Positions 54,552 through 64,000 of a stretch of 64,000 bases of DNA are shown here, in pieces (the stretch's first letter is position 1; each line of letters opens with the position of its first letter). A program made the translations under genes and the position numbers. Source of the DNA: Trichormus sp. ATA11-4-KO1 (GTDB lineage: Bacteria; Cyanobacteriota; Cyanobacteriia; Cyanobacteriales; Nostocaceae). Under the pieces are notes generated by a model. It was not told the DNA's origin and made no database searches. It saw only the letters and a list, made by a program, of their open reading frames with translations. The stretch is from positions 121,356 through 185,355 of the forward strand of contig JAHHIM010000003.1 of assembly GCA_019358915.1 (NCBI GenBank), written 5' to 3'.

Positions 54552-56141
54552 ATGCCTTATACAATTCCTAACAACAGTTGCGTTGGATGTGACAACTGCC
54601 GCCCCCAATGTCCTACGGGTGCAATCAAAATAGAGAACGATGAATACTGGATTGATCCTGGTCTTTGTAACAACTGTGAAGGCTATTATCCCGAACCGCA
54701 ATGTGTAATAGCTTGTCCAACTAATTCGCCTATTCCTTGGCAGGCGAAAAAAGGCAGATGCAAACTTGAACCCAGAGATGCTACCAGCCCTGATTTATTT
54801 GCCAACGGGAAAAATAATCCATTTGCCTCAGCAATCGCCATTTGGGAAGCTTGCAACGTTTTAGCACAACGGACATCCTTAAATTGGGAAACTGATGCGG
54901 AAGGTTACCTATGTTATGGCCGCAAAGTGAAACAAGGAAAAGGAGCGATCGCCTTTCACGTTCGAGATCCATTCCAAGTCAGCGATGGCATCACCGAGTT
55001 AGCAGCTATAGAAGAACTTGATATTAGAGCCACTTGCATTCATTTGATGTTTGCCGCATACGCTACATCCTTGGATAAACCTTGGGAGCAGGAGTTTACC
55101 ATTGACGAACGTCAAATTGAGAAATATTTAGGGTTAGAAAAACGTAAAGACCTGAATAAAAATGCCAAGCTGGCTTTAATGAAAAACATCGTTCAACAAG
55201 CTTGTTCATTAATTATTTCCATTGACTGGCCGCAACAAGGTCGAGTCCCAGGATTTTCAGTGACAAAAAGTCGCCTGTGGCACTTAGTCAATATTCAGCA
55301 TCATTTTCAAGAAGACGATTTGGGGTGCAAATATTTGATTGGACTAACTTTTAAAGTAAAAGCCGGTATCTGGTCACAGTATTTCTTAAATAAACAAGCA
55401 TGTAGAGAGCGAACCGCATTCTACCAATATGGCAGCCTACCCAAAACGCTGTTAACTACAGTTATGAGTATTTGGCAGCAACATGAAGGAGCAGTCAGAC
55501 TCATGCTGTGGTTGCTGTTTAAAACCAAAATGGGCAAAGAACAACGTATCACCATTCCTACCTTATTACGCATTGCTTACGGTGAAGAAAAAGTCACCCT
55601 TGCTTCTCGACAACGGGAAGAACGTAAACGCTTGCTGCGAACTTTTGAAAGTGATTTGGAAGTTCTCAATCATTATGGAATTAAACCAATTTTTGACCCA
55701 GTGACTTACCCTTTAGAAATTCAACCTTTGTGGGCGAAATTAATGGGTATTCCCGAAGATCCAGACGAAGCATTAGAATTTTGGATTAATGATGGTGGTG
55801 GCAACACCCGCCTCACAGATTCCGCCCCCCCTGGTAAGTGGAATCTGCTAATGAATGCGCGAATTTTGTCATTTGAACTACCACCAGAGTGGGAACAGCA
55901 AATATCAGAATCCCACAAAAAGCCCAGGCGGACTGTAAAAAGCAGAAGAAAGACTAAAACTATCAGTGATTTGCCTGGCGAACAGATTTTACAGGCGCGA
56001 AAAAACTTGCAGCTTTCCCAGAGGGAATTAGCCAAGTTAACAGGTAAAAGCCAAAGCTGGATTCGAGATGTAGAGAATGGTCGTTTGAAAGCTAAATTAG
56101 AAGACCAAGCACTATTACGAAAAGTGCTAAATATTGCTTAA
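54552..56141 (+). CDS. cnfR: CnfR/PatB, transcriptional activator of nif genes
   Basis: N-terminal 2x[4Fe-4S] motifs (CVGCDNCRPQCP, CNNCEGY..QC..ACP) and C-terminal XRE HTH; divergent from fdxB. Confidence 0.95.
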   Translation: MPYTIPNNSCVGCDNCRPQCPTGAIKIENDEYWIDPGLCNNCEGYYPEPQCVIACPTNSPIPWQAKKGRCKLEPRDATSPDLFANGKNNPFASAIAIWEACNVLAQRTSLNWETDAEGYLCYGRKVKQGKGAIAFHVRDPFQVSDGITELAAIEELDIRATCIHLMFAAYATSLDKPWEQEFTIDERQIEKYLGLEKRKDLNKNAKLALMKNIVQQACSLIISIDWPQQGRVPGFSVTKSRLWHLVNIQHHFQEDDLGCKYLIGLTFKVKAGIWSQYFLNKQACRERTAFYQYGSLPKTLLTTVMSIWQQHEGAVRLMLWLLFKTKMGKEQRITIPTLLRIAYGEEKVTLASRQREERKRLLRTFESDLEVLNHYGIKPIFDPVTYPLEIQPLWAKLMGIPEDPDEALEFWINDGGGNTRLTDSAPPGKWNLLMNARILSFELPPEWEQQISESHKKPRRTVKSRRKTKTISDLPGEQILQARKNLQLSQRELAKLTGKSQSWIRDVENGRLKAKLEDQALLRKVLNIA

Positions 56142-56230
56142 TCTTGATTTGTCTAACACCACATCCCAATATAACTTAGCTAAAACTAAACAAGATGCTT
56201 TAAAAGGCGATCGCTCATTAAACTCTCTGC

Positions 56231-57400
56231 TTAGGGTTTAAGTACAATTTTGATACAGTTGTCCTTTTTGTGATTGAAAATGTCGTAGCCATACGGTGCT
56301 TGCTCTAAGGGCAGACGATGGGTAATGACGAAAGATGGATCGATATTCCCTTGTTGGACATGATCGAGTAACCTGTGCAAGTACTTATGAACGTGGGTTT
56401 GTCCCATTGTAAAGGTCAAGGCTTTGTTCATCGCAGCACCCATGGGGATCTTGTCTACCAAGCCAGCATAAACACCGGGAATGGAAACGTGACCAGCTTT
56501 GCGAGAGGCCACAATCGCTTGCCGCAGCGCATGGGGTCGGCCTGTTTCCAGACGCACCGCTTGCTTTACTTCGTCGTATATCCCCTCTAGACCTGTGCCG
56601 TGGGCTTCCAGACCCACAGCATCAATGCAAGCATCAGGGCCGCGCCCACCAGTCATTTCTTTGAGGGCTTCACCGGCATCTACTTCTTCAAAATTCAGGA
56701 TTTCTGCCTTGCTTTGTTCTTTAGCCATTTGTAAGCGTTCGGGAATTCGATCAATAGCGATGACACGTTCAGCACCAAGCAAATAAGCACTTCTGATGGT
56801 GAATTGTCCTACTGGGCCACACCCCCAGACGGCGACAATATCACCGGGCTGAATATCACAGCTATCCGCCGCCATATATCCGGTAGGAAAGATATCTGTG
56901 AGAAACACGACTTGTTCGTCTGTTAGCCCATCAGGAATTTTGAACAAACCAACATCAGCAAAGGGCACGCGGGCATATTCAGCTTGACCGCCAGCGTAAC
57001 CCCCCAGCAAATGAGAGTAACCAAAAATACCAGATGGGGAATAACCCATGAATTTTTCTACCATCCAAGCATTCGGGTTAGAGTTATCGCACAGTGACCA
57101 AAAGTTGTGTTGGCAGTAAAAGCAATTACCGCAGGCGATGGGGAATGGTACAACTACGCGATCGCCTATCTTGATATTTTTGACGGCACTTCCTAAGGCC
57201 ACGACTTCCCCCATGAATTCATGACCCACGATATCGCCCTTTTCCATCATGGGCATATAGCCGTTATAAAGATGCAAATCAGAACCACAAATCGCTGTTG
57301 TCGTGATTTTAACAATAGCATCACGCGGATTAATGATTTTTGGATCGGGTACTGTTTCCACCCGCATATCCTTAGCACCATTCCAGCAAACTGCTTTCAT
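56231..57400 (-). CDS. zinc-dependent alcohol/formaldehyde dehydrogenase (YbdR-like)
   Basis: ICGSDLH, GHEFMG, CGNCFYC, GCGPVG. Confidence 0.92.
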   Translation of the reverse strand: MKAVCWNGAKDMRVETVPDPKIINPRDAIVKITTTAICGSDLHLYNGYMPMMEKGDIVGHEFMGEVVALGSAVKNIKIGDRVVVPFPIACGNCFYCQHNFWSLCDNSNPNAWMVEKFMGYSPSGIFGYSHLLGGYAGGQAEYARVPFADVGLFKIPDGLTDEQVVFLTDIFPTGYMAADSCDIQPGDIVAVWGCGPVGQFTIRSAYLLGAERVIAIDRIPERLQMAKEQSKAEILNFEEVDAGEALKEMTGGRGPDACIDAVGLEAHGTGLEGIYDEVKQAVRLETGRPHALRQAIVASRKAGHVSIPGVYAGLVDKIPMGAAMNKALTFTMGQTHVHKYLHRLLDHVQQGNIDPSFVITHRLPLEQAPYGYDIFNHKKDNCIKIVLKP

Positions 57401-57456
57401 TTATTTTTCTCTCTTGTTAATTTTTACAGATCGAGCATTAAACTGTAACCTGTAAC

Positions 57457-57975
57457 CTACTTTCTACCTCTTGGTTGACCTTCAGTTGTGGCAATCTCGC
57501 CTGCTTCCATCAGCATTTTGAAGCGGCGTAAATCCTCTTTAATTTGCAGTTCTGGGTCTTCACCCAAGAGTTTAGCGATGGCAACTACAATCACACCACC
57601 AAGGGGTTTATATTCCGTAACTGCCTTGACCTCAGTTCCACGATTACCAGGCGCAGGTTGAAAGCGGACACGACCAGAGTTTTCCACGACTGCACTTTCA
57701 ACCGAAGCCCAAGAAATCAATTCGTTTTCCTGGTCTTCAATGATGACTGTATCCCACTCAATGCTTCTGCTTTCATCTAAGAGTCCCTGAGTAATCCAGT
57801 GCGATCGCGTAGCGTGTCCGGAAGACTCTCGCGTATCATCGTACACCTTCACGCTTTTGAGATGCTTCATAAAACGAGGCAAGTTCTCAAAGTTACGCCA
57901 AAAACTGTAGAGTTCTTCTGCTGGTTTGTTAATCGTCACCGTCTTTTCAACCTTGATCGGCTGGTTCATGACCAT
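57457..57975 (-). CDS. SRPBCC/cyclase-family protein with an 8-aa repeat-derived insertion
   Basis: WRNFENLPRFMKHL, DLRRFK.LMEAGEIATTEGQ; insert RESSGHAT. Confidence 0.88.
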   Translation of the reverse strand: MVMNQPIKVEKTVTINKPAEELYSFWRNFENLPRFMKHLKSVKVYDDTRESSGHATRSHWITQGLLDESRSIEWDTVIIEDQENELISWASVESAVVENSGRVRFQPAPGNRGTEVKAVTEYKPLGGVIVVAIAKLLGEDPELQIKEDLRRFKMLMEAGEIATTEGQPRGRK

Positions 57976-58227
57976 AGCCTCTGGTGCTTACTGTATAACT
58001 TTTTTTTATGGGAAATTTAGACAAATTTGTTTGTTTAAACTTCAATATTATTTAGAGTTTGAGTTAAAAGCAAATGATTTATAATCTTTCGATAGTCTTA
58101 TGTTTTCCCAAATTTTACTATTACTAAAGTAGTAATTTTCAAAGTAAAAAATGGATAGAAAGACACTTGATTAATTAAGCAAATTCTCTAATTAAGTCAG
58201 TCTATGAAACAACAATAGATATAGACT

Positions 58228-58368
58228 TATAGCGTTTCCTAATCTGCTGAAGTACTGAGTACATCGCTGACAAAATTGGGCAATCTTTGCGTAACTCTGC
58301 GTTACCTTAGCGTCCCTCTGCGTTGAAAAACATTAGTTCTGTACCTCACTTAACTGGGAATCGCTATA
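58228..58368. mobile_element. IS630-type MITE (TA-flanked)
   Basis: TA|TAGCGTTTCCTAATCTGCTGAAGTAC ... GTACCTCACTTAACTGGGAATCGCTA|TA; ends resemble the IS630 TIRs. Confidence 0.7.
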
Positions 58369-58399
58369 AGTTACCTTTTTCCTGGCTCAATCATCAGTA

Positions 58400-59857
58400 T
58401 TATTTTTGCAACCAGACTGATACAGAACCACCTGCACAAGAGAAATTACCCCATCCATCATTATTCGTATAGACTATTTCCTCGATGTGTCCAGTGGAGT
58501 CATAAAAAGCCTCATTGGGTCGAAACATATTCATCCACTTGTTCCCTGGTTCACTATTGGTCATCACCACAGCCATTGCACCTGGATGTTCGCTGTTACC
58601 CAAGCGCGTCCAACCAATGGTGTTGGGATGGTCAAAGTAATCGTGTTGGTCACCAAAACCGTAGTCTCTACGTGCTTGGAGAAACTTATCAATTAAGAAA
58701 CGGTGAGAGTACAGCGTAGCATCACGTCCTTTATCGTGATATTGCGCTCCGTAATAATCGGCATAAAACACGCAAGGATAGCCTTCACGACGCAGCAATA
58801 TCAGGGCATAGGCCAAGGGTTTAAACCAAGGTTCAACGGGAGACTCCAGCGATTGACAAGGTTGAGTATCATGGTTTTCTACAAATGTCACCGCTAGGGC
58901 AGATTGTTCCTTAACTAGGGTGCGATCAAAAATTGTCCGCATATCGAAACTACTGCCCTGGCGGCTGGCTTGGTGAAACTTGAAGTGCAATGGTACATCA
59001 AATAACGACATCAGCCCTGTGGTAGCAGCAAGGTAACCATGTAACTCATCGATATTTTGAGACCAATACTCCCCACAACTAAACAGTTGTCGCCCACTAA
59101 AATGAACTCGCAGATGGTTCAGCCAATCGCGGAAAAATGAGGAACGGATATGTTTGACAGCATCAATCCGAAAACCGTTGACATTTGTGGTGTCAACAAG
59201 CCAACGCCCCCAATACATCAACTCGCCGCGCACGAGTTCTTCACCCATATCTAAATCGTTCGCTAGCAAATAATCATAATTGCCGTGTTCGGGGCTGACT
59301 TCTGTCTCAAACTTTCTGTTCTTGATGCGGTAAAGCTTGTCTGCCCTTTGTGTGCCTGCATTGTAAGACAATGAATCAAAGCACCACCAATACCACTGCA
59401 TACTGGAGTATTTATCTCCGCGACCGGGAAAGTAAAACTTTGTATAAGCGTCGATTTCATACCAGTCGCTAACTGGGCGGTTACGGTCATGCCAATCCAT
59501 CTCCTGCGCCCAGATGCGTTCTGTTTCGTCTCCACCATCTTTGTGATTTAAAACCACATCTGCATAGATTTGCAGACCATAACTTTGAGCAGTTTGAATG
59601 GCTGTAAGGTATTGTTCACGCGTACCGTATTTTGTGCGGACACTGCCTTTTTGATCAAATTCACCCAAATCAAACAAATCATAAACTGCATATCCCACAT
59701 CATTAATTCCACCACTGCCTTTGTAAGGTGGCGGTAACCATAAGGCAGTGAAGCCTGCATTAGCTAGCTCATTGGCTGTTTTATTCAGCTGGTTCCAGAG
59801 GCTACCATCATTAGGATTGTACCAATGGAAATACTGCATCATTACGCCGTTGCTCAT
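58400..59857 (-). CDS. amyA: alpha-amylase, GH13 (Bacillus/AmyA type)
   Basis: MMQYFHWY, DVVLNHK, GFRIDAVKH, GEYW, FVENHD. Confidence 0.93.
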   Translation of the reverse strand: MSNGVMMQYFHWYNPNDGSLWNQLNKTANELANAGFTALWLPPPYKGSGGINDVGYAVYDLFDLGEFDQKGSVRTKYGTREQYLTAIQTAQSYGLQIYADVVLNHKDGGDETERIWAQEMDWHDRNRPVSDWYEIDAYTKFYFPGRGDKYSSMQWYWWCFDSLSYNAGTQRADKLYRIKNRKFETEVSPEHGNYDYLLANDLDMGEELVRGELMYWGRWLVDTTNVNGFRIDAVKHIRSSFFRDWLNHLRVHFSGRQLFSCGEYWSQNIDELHGYLAATTGLMSLFDVPLHFKFHQASRQGSSFDMRTIFDRTLVKEQSALAVTFVENHDTQPCQSLESPVEPWFKPLAYALILLRREGYPCVFYADYYGAQYHDKGRDATLYSHRFLIDKFLQARRDYGFGDQHDYFDHPNTIGWTRLGNSEHPGAMAVVMTNSEPGNKWMNMFRPNEAFYDSTGHIEEIVYTNNDGWGNFSCAGGSVSVWLQK

Positions 59858-60008
59858 GCGATCGCCTACTTATTAATCTTTGGTTTTGCAGAAATCTCTG
59901 ATGCTAGAATATGTGATTTTTTTCACGCATCCAAACATCACCCAATTTTTTTTATGTTTCAATGACAACCTGAAAAAATAAGTAATTGGGCATGGGTAAC
60001 CCCACTCC

Positions 60009-60800
60009 CTACAATAATTCTAGTATTTTAGCTGGATTTAGCTGTTCGACATTACTGAAAACTACTGCCGCTCCTGCTGCTAGTAGCGTTTCACCATAGG
60101 CATGACTACGCGCTGCGGTTTCTTGTACGTGAGGCGGGAGAATTCCTACACCAATCCAAGTGCGGTGAGGATTTAGTTCTCGCGCTTTCTTGACTGTGTA
60201 CATGTCAGCTACCGTATCTCCTACGTAGATAATTGCTGGTAATATATCTAGTCCATTCTCCAACTGGCGAACAGTAGCAAAAAGTCCTGTGGGGTCTGGT
60301 TTACCTGGTGCATCTTCCATTGCAATTAATACCGGGGACTGTAAACCTAGACGTTTTTGCAAAACATAGTTAGCCGAACCACGAGTAGCACCACTGAAAA
60401 ATCCCCAATAAATTCCAGCTTGTGTTAGTTGCTCTAAGTAACTAGGTTGTAATAATAAGGGTTCGTCACAGATATATCCCGTCCAATTATTTGGGTCTAG
60501 ACCTCGGTAACGGGATTGAAAAAAGGCAACGATCGCGTTGTAATCTAATTGCAATTGTTCGCGGGATTGTCCTTGAGATTGAAAGTAGCGGTAAATGAAT
60601 TCCTGGGAAGCCTCCCAATCGTTATTCCAGAGTCCTTCAGACTTTAAATTGTCAATGTCTAGTGGCGTGGGACGGTACGCTGTCTCCGTAAAATACTCTA
60701 CAGTATCTGCCAGCGCTCGGCGATAGGAACCACCAACGTCGCGCACAACACCATCAATATCAAAAACGACGATGGCTTTTGTGGAGATTTGTTCAGTCAT
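60009..60800 (-). CDS. HAD-superfamily hydrolase (TIGR01548-like)
   Basis: FDIDGV, KPDP, GDTVAD; the N-terminal MPHAPCPMP is translated repeat. Confidence 0.88.
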   Translation of the reverse strand: MTEQISTKAIVVFDIDGVVRDVGGSYRRALADTVEYFTETAYRPTPLDIDNLKSEGLWNNDWEASQEFIYRYFQSQGQSREQLQLDYNAIVAFFQSRYRGLDPNNWTGYICDEPLLLQPSYLEQLTQAGIYWGFFSGATRGSANYVLQKRLGLQSPVLIAMEDAPGKPDPTGLFATVRQLENGLDILPAIIYVGDTVADMYTVKKARELNPHRTWIGVGILPPHVQETAARSHAYGETLLAAGAAVVFSNVEQLNPAKILELL

Positions 60801-60856
60801 GGGCATGGGGCATGGGGCATGGGGCATGGGGCATGGGGCATGAGGTATGGGGTATA
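60798..60856. repeat. STRR heptamer (CATGGGG)n
   Basis: About 6-8 tandem copies abutting the HAD start codon. Confidence 0.85.
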
Positions 60857-60899
60857 AGGATTTTTACCCAATACTCCAAACTTGATGACTAATACTCAA

Positions 60900-61262
60900 T
60901 TACCTGTTGCCTATGGATTTTAGATAAGCATTCAGCTTGGGTAATAGTTCATCGAGGATTGGTTTGAATGTTTTTACCTGTTCATTTGTCAATAATTGTC
61001 TAGCATAGGCTAATCTTAACCAGCTGATGGTTTCGTACAAAGACCCTCTCGCAATCTTGACAAAACGTCGATTGTCTTGGTCGCTATACCTACCTCTTCC
61101 CTCGGCTATATTTGCACAAATACTATCAGCAGACCGAACAATTTGTTTACCTAGTGTATCTTTAGTGAAATTATCCCATCCCTTGACAATTTTCCAAATT
61201 TCATTAGCTAGCCTTTCAGCAAGTTGATAAACTTCTAAATCCTCAAAATCAGGTCTTTTCAC
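60900..61262 (-). CDS. four-helix-bundle protein (23S rRNA IVS/bAvd-like family)
   Basis: FEDLEVYQLA, QIVRSADSICANIAEG.GR, F..IARGSLYE; GTG start with RBS AGGAG. Confidence 0.88.
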   Translation of the reverse strand: MKRPDFEDLEVYQLAERLANEIWKIVKGWDNFTKDTLGKQIVRSADSICANIAEGRGRYSDQDNRRFVKIARGSLYETISWLRLAYARQLLTNEQVKTFKPILDELLPKLNAYLKSIGNR

Positions 61263-61280
61263 AAAACTCCTTTGGTAAAC

Positions 61281-61319
61281 AATGCCCAATGCCCAATGCC
61301 CAATGCCCAATACCCAATT
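61281..61319. repeat. STRR heptamer (AATGCCC)n
   Basis: 4-5 tandem copies. Confidence 0.85.
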
Positions 61320-61480
61320 CTCAACCACTATTTTGGTCATCGGGTGAGGTATTGCGTTAAAATAAGCGATCGCAAAGCACGCACAGTAGACTTACATTTC
61401 TATTCGTGCGATCGCACAAGCTCTGACTTGTCAGTTTGCTAACTTAGTAAGTAATGCCCGGATATGCCCCGGAGGTGTGA

Positions 61481-61780
61481 TTGACCCAATTTATTCTGAA
61501 AATCCTTTGGTTAGACGAGAACGTTGCTCTAGCAGTCGATCAAGTTGTCGGCAAAGGCACAAGTCCTTTGACTAAGTACTTTTTCTGGCCTAGAAATGAT
61601 GCTTGGGAAGAGTTAAAAAAAGAACTGGAATCCAAACACTGGATTACTGACCTAGATCGCGTCGAGTTGCTGAATAAAGCAACTGAAGTGATTAACTACT
61701 GGCAAGAGGAAGGCAGAAGACGCCCCATGGCCGAAGCTCAGTTGAAGTTCCCGGAAGTTGCCTTTACAGGTAGCGCTTAA
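61481..61780 (+). CDS. ycf65: 30S ribosomal protein PSRP-3 (Ycf65)
   Basis: [37 protein letters not shown] start with RBS GGAGG. Confidence 0.93.
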   Translation: MTQFILKILWLDENVALAVDQVVGKGTSPLTKYFFWPRNDAWEELKKELESKHWITDLDRVELLNKATEVINYWQEEGRRRPMAEAQLKFPEVAFTGSA

Positions 61781-61986
61781 TGAGTGCTGAGTGCTGTAAA
61801 GCCCTGCGGGCATGGCTGCGCTTATAGCCCGTGCTGAGTGCTGAGTAACAATAGATTTTGGAGTCAGCAGCGCCACAGGCGCTGTTTTTACTCCGTTTTC
61901 AGCACTTGCAAATTTCAAAAATTAGTACTAGACAAAAGTAAAATTGTATACAATGAGGTGACTTCGCGTAGAAAAACAAGCCAAAT

Positions 61987-62766
61987 ATGTTGTTTTTATC
62001 TCGTCAAGCTATCGCTACACCTTTAGTAGCCTGTTTGTGTCTTTTAGGAGTTAGTTTAATTCAATTTCCCCAACTACAAATACTGTTAAAAAACCAGCAA
62101 ACTATTTCTTTAGAAAGTTTAGAAAGAGACATCAATGCGGAAAGTATTCGTCTCAATTTTCTCAAGAAAATGCCCAGTTTTAGTTATGATAACTTAATAG
62201 CAAATTGGGTTTATCTGGGTTATTTGCAATACTTTGGTGATGATGAAGTTCGTGCCAAAACAGGTTACGGTCTGAGTCCGGAATATTTTGCAATTATTCT
62301 AGAACGCGACCCAAGATTTTTAACAGCTTATTTGAGTCTTTCTAGCAGTACTTCTATGTATGCTGGTATGCCAGAACGTTCTGTAGAATTGATGGAAAGG
62401 GGTTTAAAGTCCTTGTCTCCCTTGGTTCCTGAAAAATCTTATTATGTGTGGCGTTATAAAGGAATTGACGAATTATTATTTTTAGGAAATACTCAAGCCG
62501 CCCAACAATCTTTCTCAACGGCGGCAGAATGGGCTAGTAATTTTTCAGATGAAGAAAGTCAGTTAGTTGCCGTTACTTCTCAACAAACTAGTCAATTTTT
62601 AAGTCAAAATCCTAACAGCAAATTTGCACAACTATCAGCCTGGGTAATGGTATTGAATAATCAAGTTGATGCAAAAACTCGTAAAAGAGTAATTAGTGAA
62701 ATCGAGGCTTTAGGTGCAAAGGTAACTAGCACTCCAGAAGGTAATAAAATTACGTTCCCTGAATAA
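61987..62766 (+). CDS. conserved cyanobacterial membrane-anchored hypothetical protein
   Basis: N-terminal TM; P.F.YDNL.ANW..L..LQYFGDD..R. Confidence 0.7.
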   Translation: MLFLSRQAIATPLVACLCLLGVSLIQFPQLQILLKNQQTISLESLERDINAESIRLNFLKKMPSFSYDNLIANWVYLGYLQYFGDDEVRAKTGYGLSPEYFAIILERDPRFLTAYLSLSSSTSMYAGMPERSVELMERGLKSLSPLVPEKSYYVWRYKGIDELLFLGNTQAAQQSFSTAAEWASNFSDEESQLVAVTSQQTSQFLSQNPNSKFAQLSAWVMVLNNQVDAKTRKRVISEIEALGAKVTSTPEGNKITFPE

Positions 62767-62809
62767 TGGGCAGAGGTGCAAAGGAGAAAAAATTTAATTA
62801 TAGCGTTTC

Positions 62810-63412
62810 TCAGTCTAGTGAAGTACAGTAGCAAGAATGGGTAAACCAATTATAAATATCAGTTAATGAGACTTGAGTAAAAGCAGTTTCAATTGCTTTT
62901 GCTAAGTCTGGATAACTTCTAGCTCCAATAGAACGTAGTAAATTTTTAATTTTTGACCAACAGTTTTCAATTGGTGAAAAATCGGGAGAATATGGTGGTA
63001 AATAAATTACTTTAGCTCCAACAGATTCGATTAATTTCTCAATATCTCCACCTTTATGAATTGAACAATTATCCATGATTACACAAGCGCCTTCCCACAG
63101 CTTTGGAACTAATTTTTGAGAAATGTAAGCCTCAAATGTTAGCCCGTCATATGCTCCTAAAATACTATATTGACTAATCACGCCTTTGAGAGCGATTGCT
63201 CCAATTATAGAGACATTTTTACAGCGTTTTTGAGGTCGTGAGCCATGCGCTCTTTTGCCTTTTTTAGAACGAGCAGAGTGTCTTATTAAAGATAGGTTAG
63301 CTCCTGCCTCATCCAGAAAAATAAGATTTTCCGCCGGTATCCCATGAAGTTGAAGCCAGAACTGTACTCTTAATAATTGAACTCTTTCAGTCTCTTTTTC
63401 CGAAGCGTGCAA
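62810..63412 (-). CDS. IS630 transposase OrfB (DDE), likely fused to OrfA by frameshift
   Basis: IFLDEAG, IMDNCSIH, YLPPYSPDFSPIE. Confidence 0.9.
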   Translation of the reverse strand: MHASEKETERVQLLRVQFWLQLHGIPAENLIFLDEAGANLSLIRHSARSKKGKRAHGSRPQKRCKNVSIIGAIALKGVISQYSILGAYDGLTFEAYISQKLVPKLWEGACVIMDNCSIHKGGDIEKLIESVGAKVIYLPPYSPDFSPIENCWSKIKNLLRSIGARSYPDLAKAIETAFTQVSLTDIYNWFTHSCYCTSLD

Positions 63413-63765
63413 TGTTTTTTTTTAAGGTTTATTTCCATCTTCTGTAACATCCTATCTACCGTAGATATACCAATTGTTATTCCGGTTTTTTCTTTGAGAG
63501 TGAAGCGGATTTCTGATAAAGTTGAATCATTCTTAGCTTCAACTATTTCTTCAAGAATCTTAATTTGTTCTTCGTTGAGCTTTGTAGGAGTTTGTTTTGT
63601 CCTAACTTTAGGAGCGATACTTGCTGTTTCTCTATATTGCTTTAGTAATTTCTCAATAAAACCTAAACTCACACAAAATCTCTTTGCTAATTGACGTTGT
63701 GATATTCCACCTGTCTTATATGTATCAAATATTTTTTGGCGCAAGTCGAGGGAATATGGTTTCAT
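63370..63765 (-). CDS. IS630 transposase OrfA (HTH)
   Basis: MKPYSLDLRQKI, SQRQLAKRF; ends just after an A9 slippery run. Confidence 0.88.
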   Translation of the reverse strand: MKPYSLDLRQKIFDTYKTGGISQRQLAKRFCVSLGFIEKLLKQYRETASIAPKVRTKQTPTKLNEEQIKILEEIVEAKNDSTLSEIRFTLKEKTGITIGISTVDRMLQKMEINLKKKHCTLRKKRLKEFNY

Positions 63766-64000
63766 TTTTACCCTTGAGTAGATACACTATATTTATTTTA
63801 ATTAGTGTACTTCATTAGACTAGTAAACGCTATAATCTCTTGCATAAATACTTTGGTGTTGCTGACAATACTATTAAAACCCACCTTCCGCACCCCCAAG
63901 TGTCACAAACGGAAATTACTGAGAGAAAAAAAGCAAGCAGGAATAAAAACAGACATATTTAGAAAAAAAAGGGGTTTGAGCAGCCATGAATCACCACAAA

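Larger units (their letters stand above)
62801..63832 (-). mobile_element. IS630-family insertion sequence (1032 bp) with a TA target duplication
   Basis: TIRs TAGCGTTTCTCAGTCTAGTGAAGTACA / TGTACTTCATTAGACTAGTAAACGCTA flanked by TA. Confidence 0.92.

Noticed and set aside
60900..61262. Diversity-generating retroelement (Avd-like gene)
   Set aside because: No reverse transcriptase or TR/VR pair in the window

Overview
This is a 64-kb chromosomal window from a heterocyst-forming cyanobacterium (Nostocales), judged from very frequent HIP1 octamers (GCGATCGC), heptamer tandem repeats (STRR) and Nostoc/Anabaena-type PsaA/PsaB. Housekeeping content includes a Gld-type ABC module, purU, the flv4-sll0218-flv2 operon, a ubiH-like hydroxylase, slt, tatC, chlH, ftsH, psaAB, glsA, hisG, psrp3 and an alpha-amylase. 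A nitrogen-fixation-associated block contains cnfR/patB, fdxB, coxB2A2C2, a cupin, an ArsC-like gene, cysK and a six-gene run of unknown function with a luciferase-like monooxygenase. The most unusual region is a ~3.6-kb island between tatC and chlH. It truncates csaA and carries a series of toxin-antitoxin modules: a deleted higBA copy, vapBC with a nonsense mutation, a mazF remnant, intact hicAB and higBA with a nonsense toxin. It also carries an orphan protein with a HEPN-like RxxxxH motif. The modules are separated by HIP1-spacer-HIP1 repeats whose HIP1 sites are split by 21-nt inserts, giving a cassette-like architecture. The window also holds an apparently intact IS630 element, MITEs sharing its ends, other MITEs, nested small repeats, and a four-helix-bundle gene enclosed by complementary STRRs. 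No CRISPR array, rRNA or tRNA was seen. All family assignments come from recognising motifs by eye; no database searches were run.
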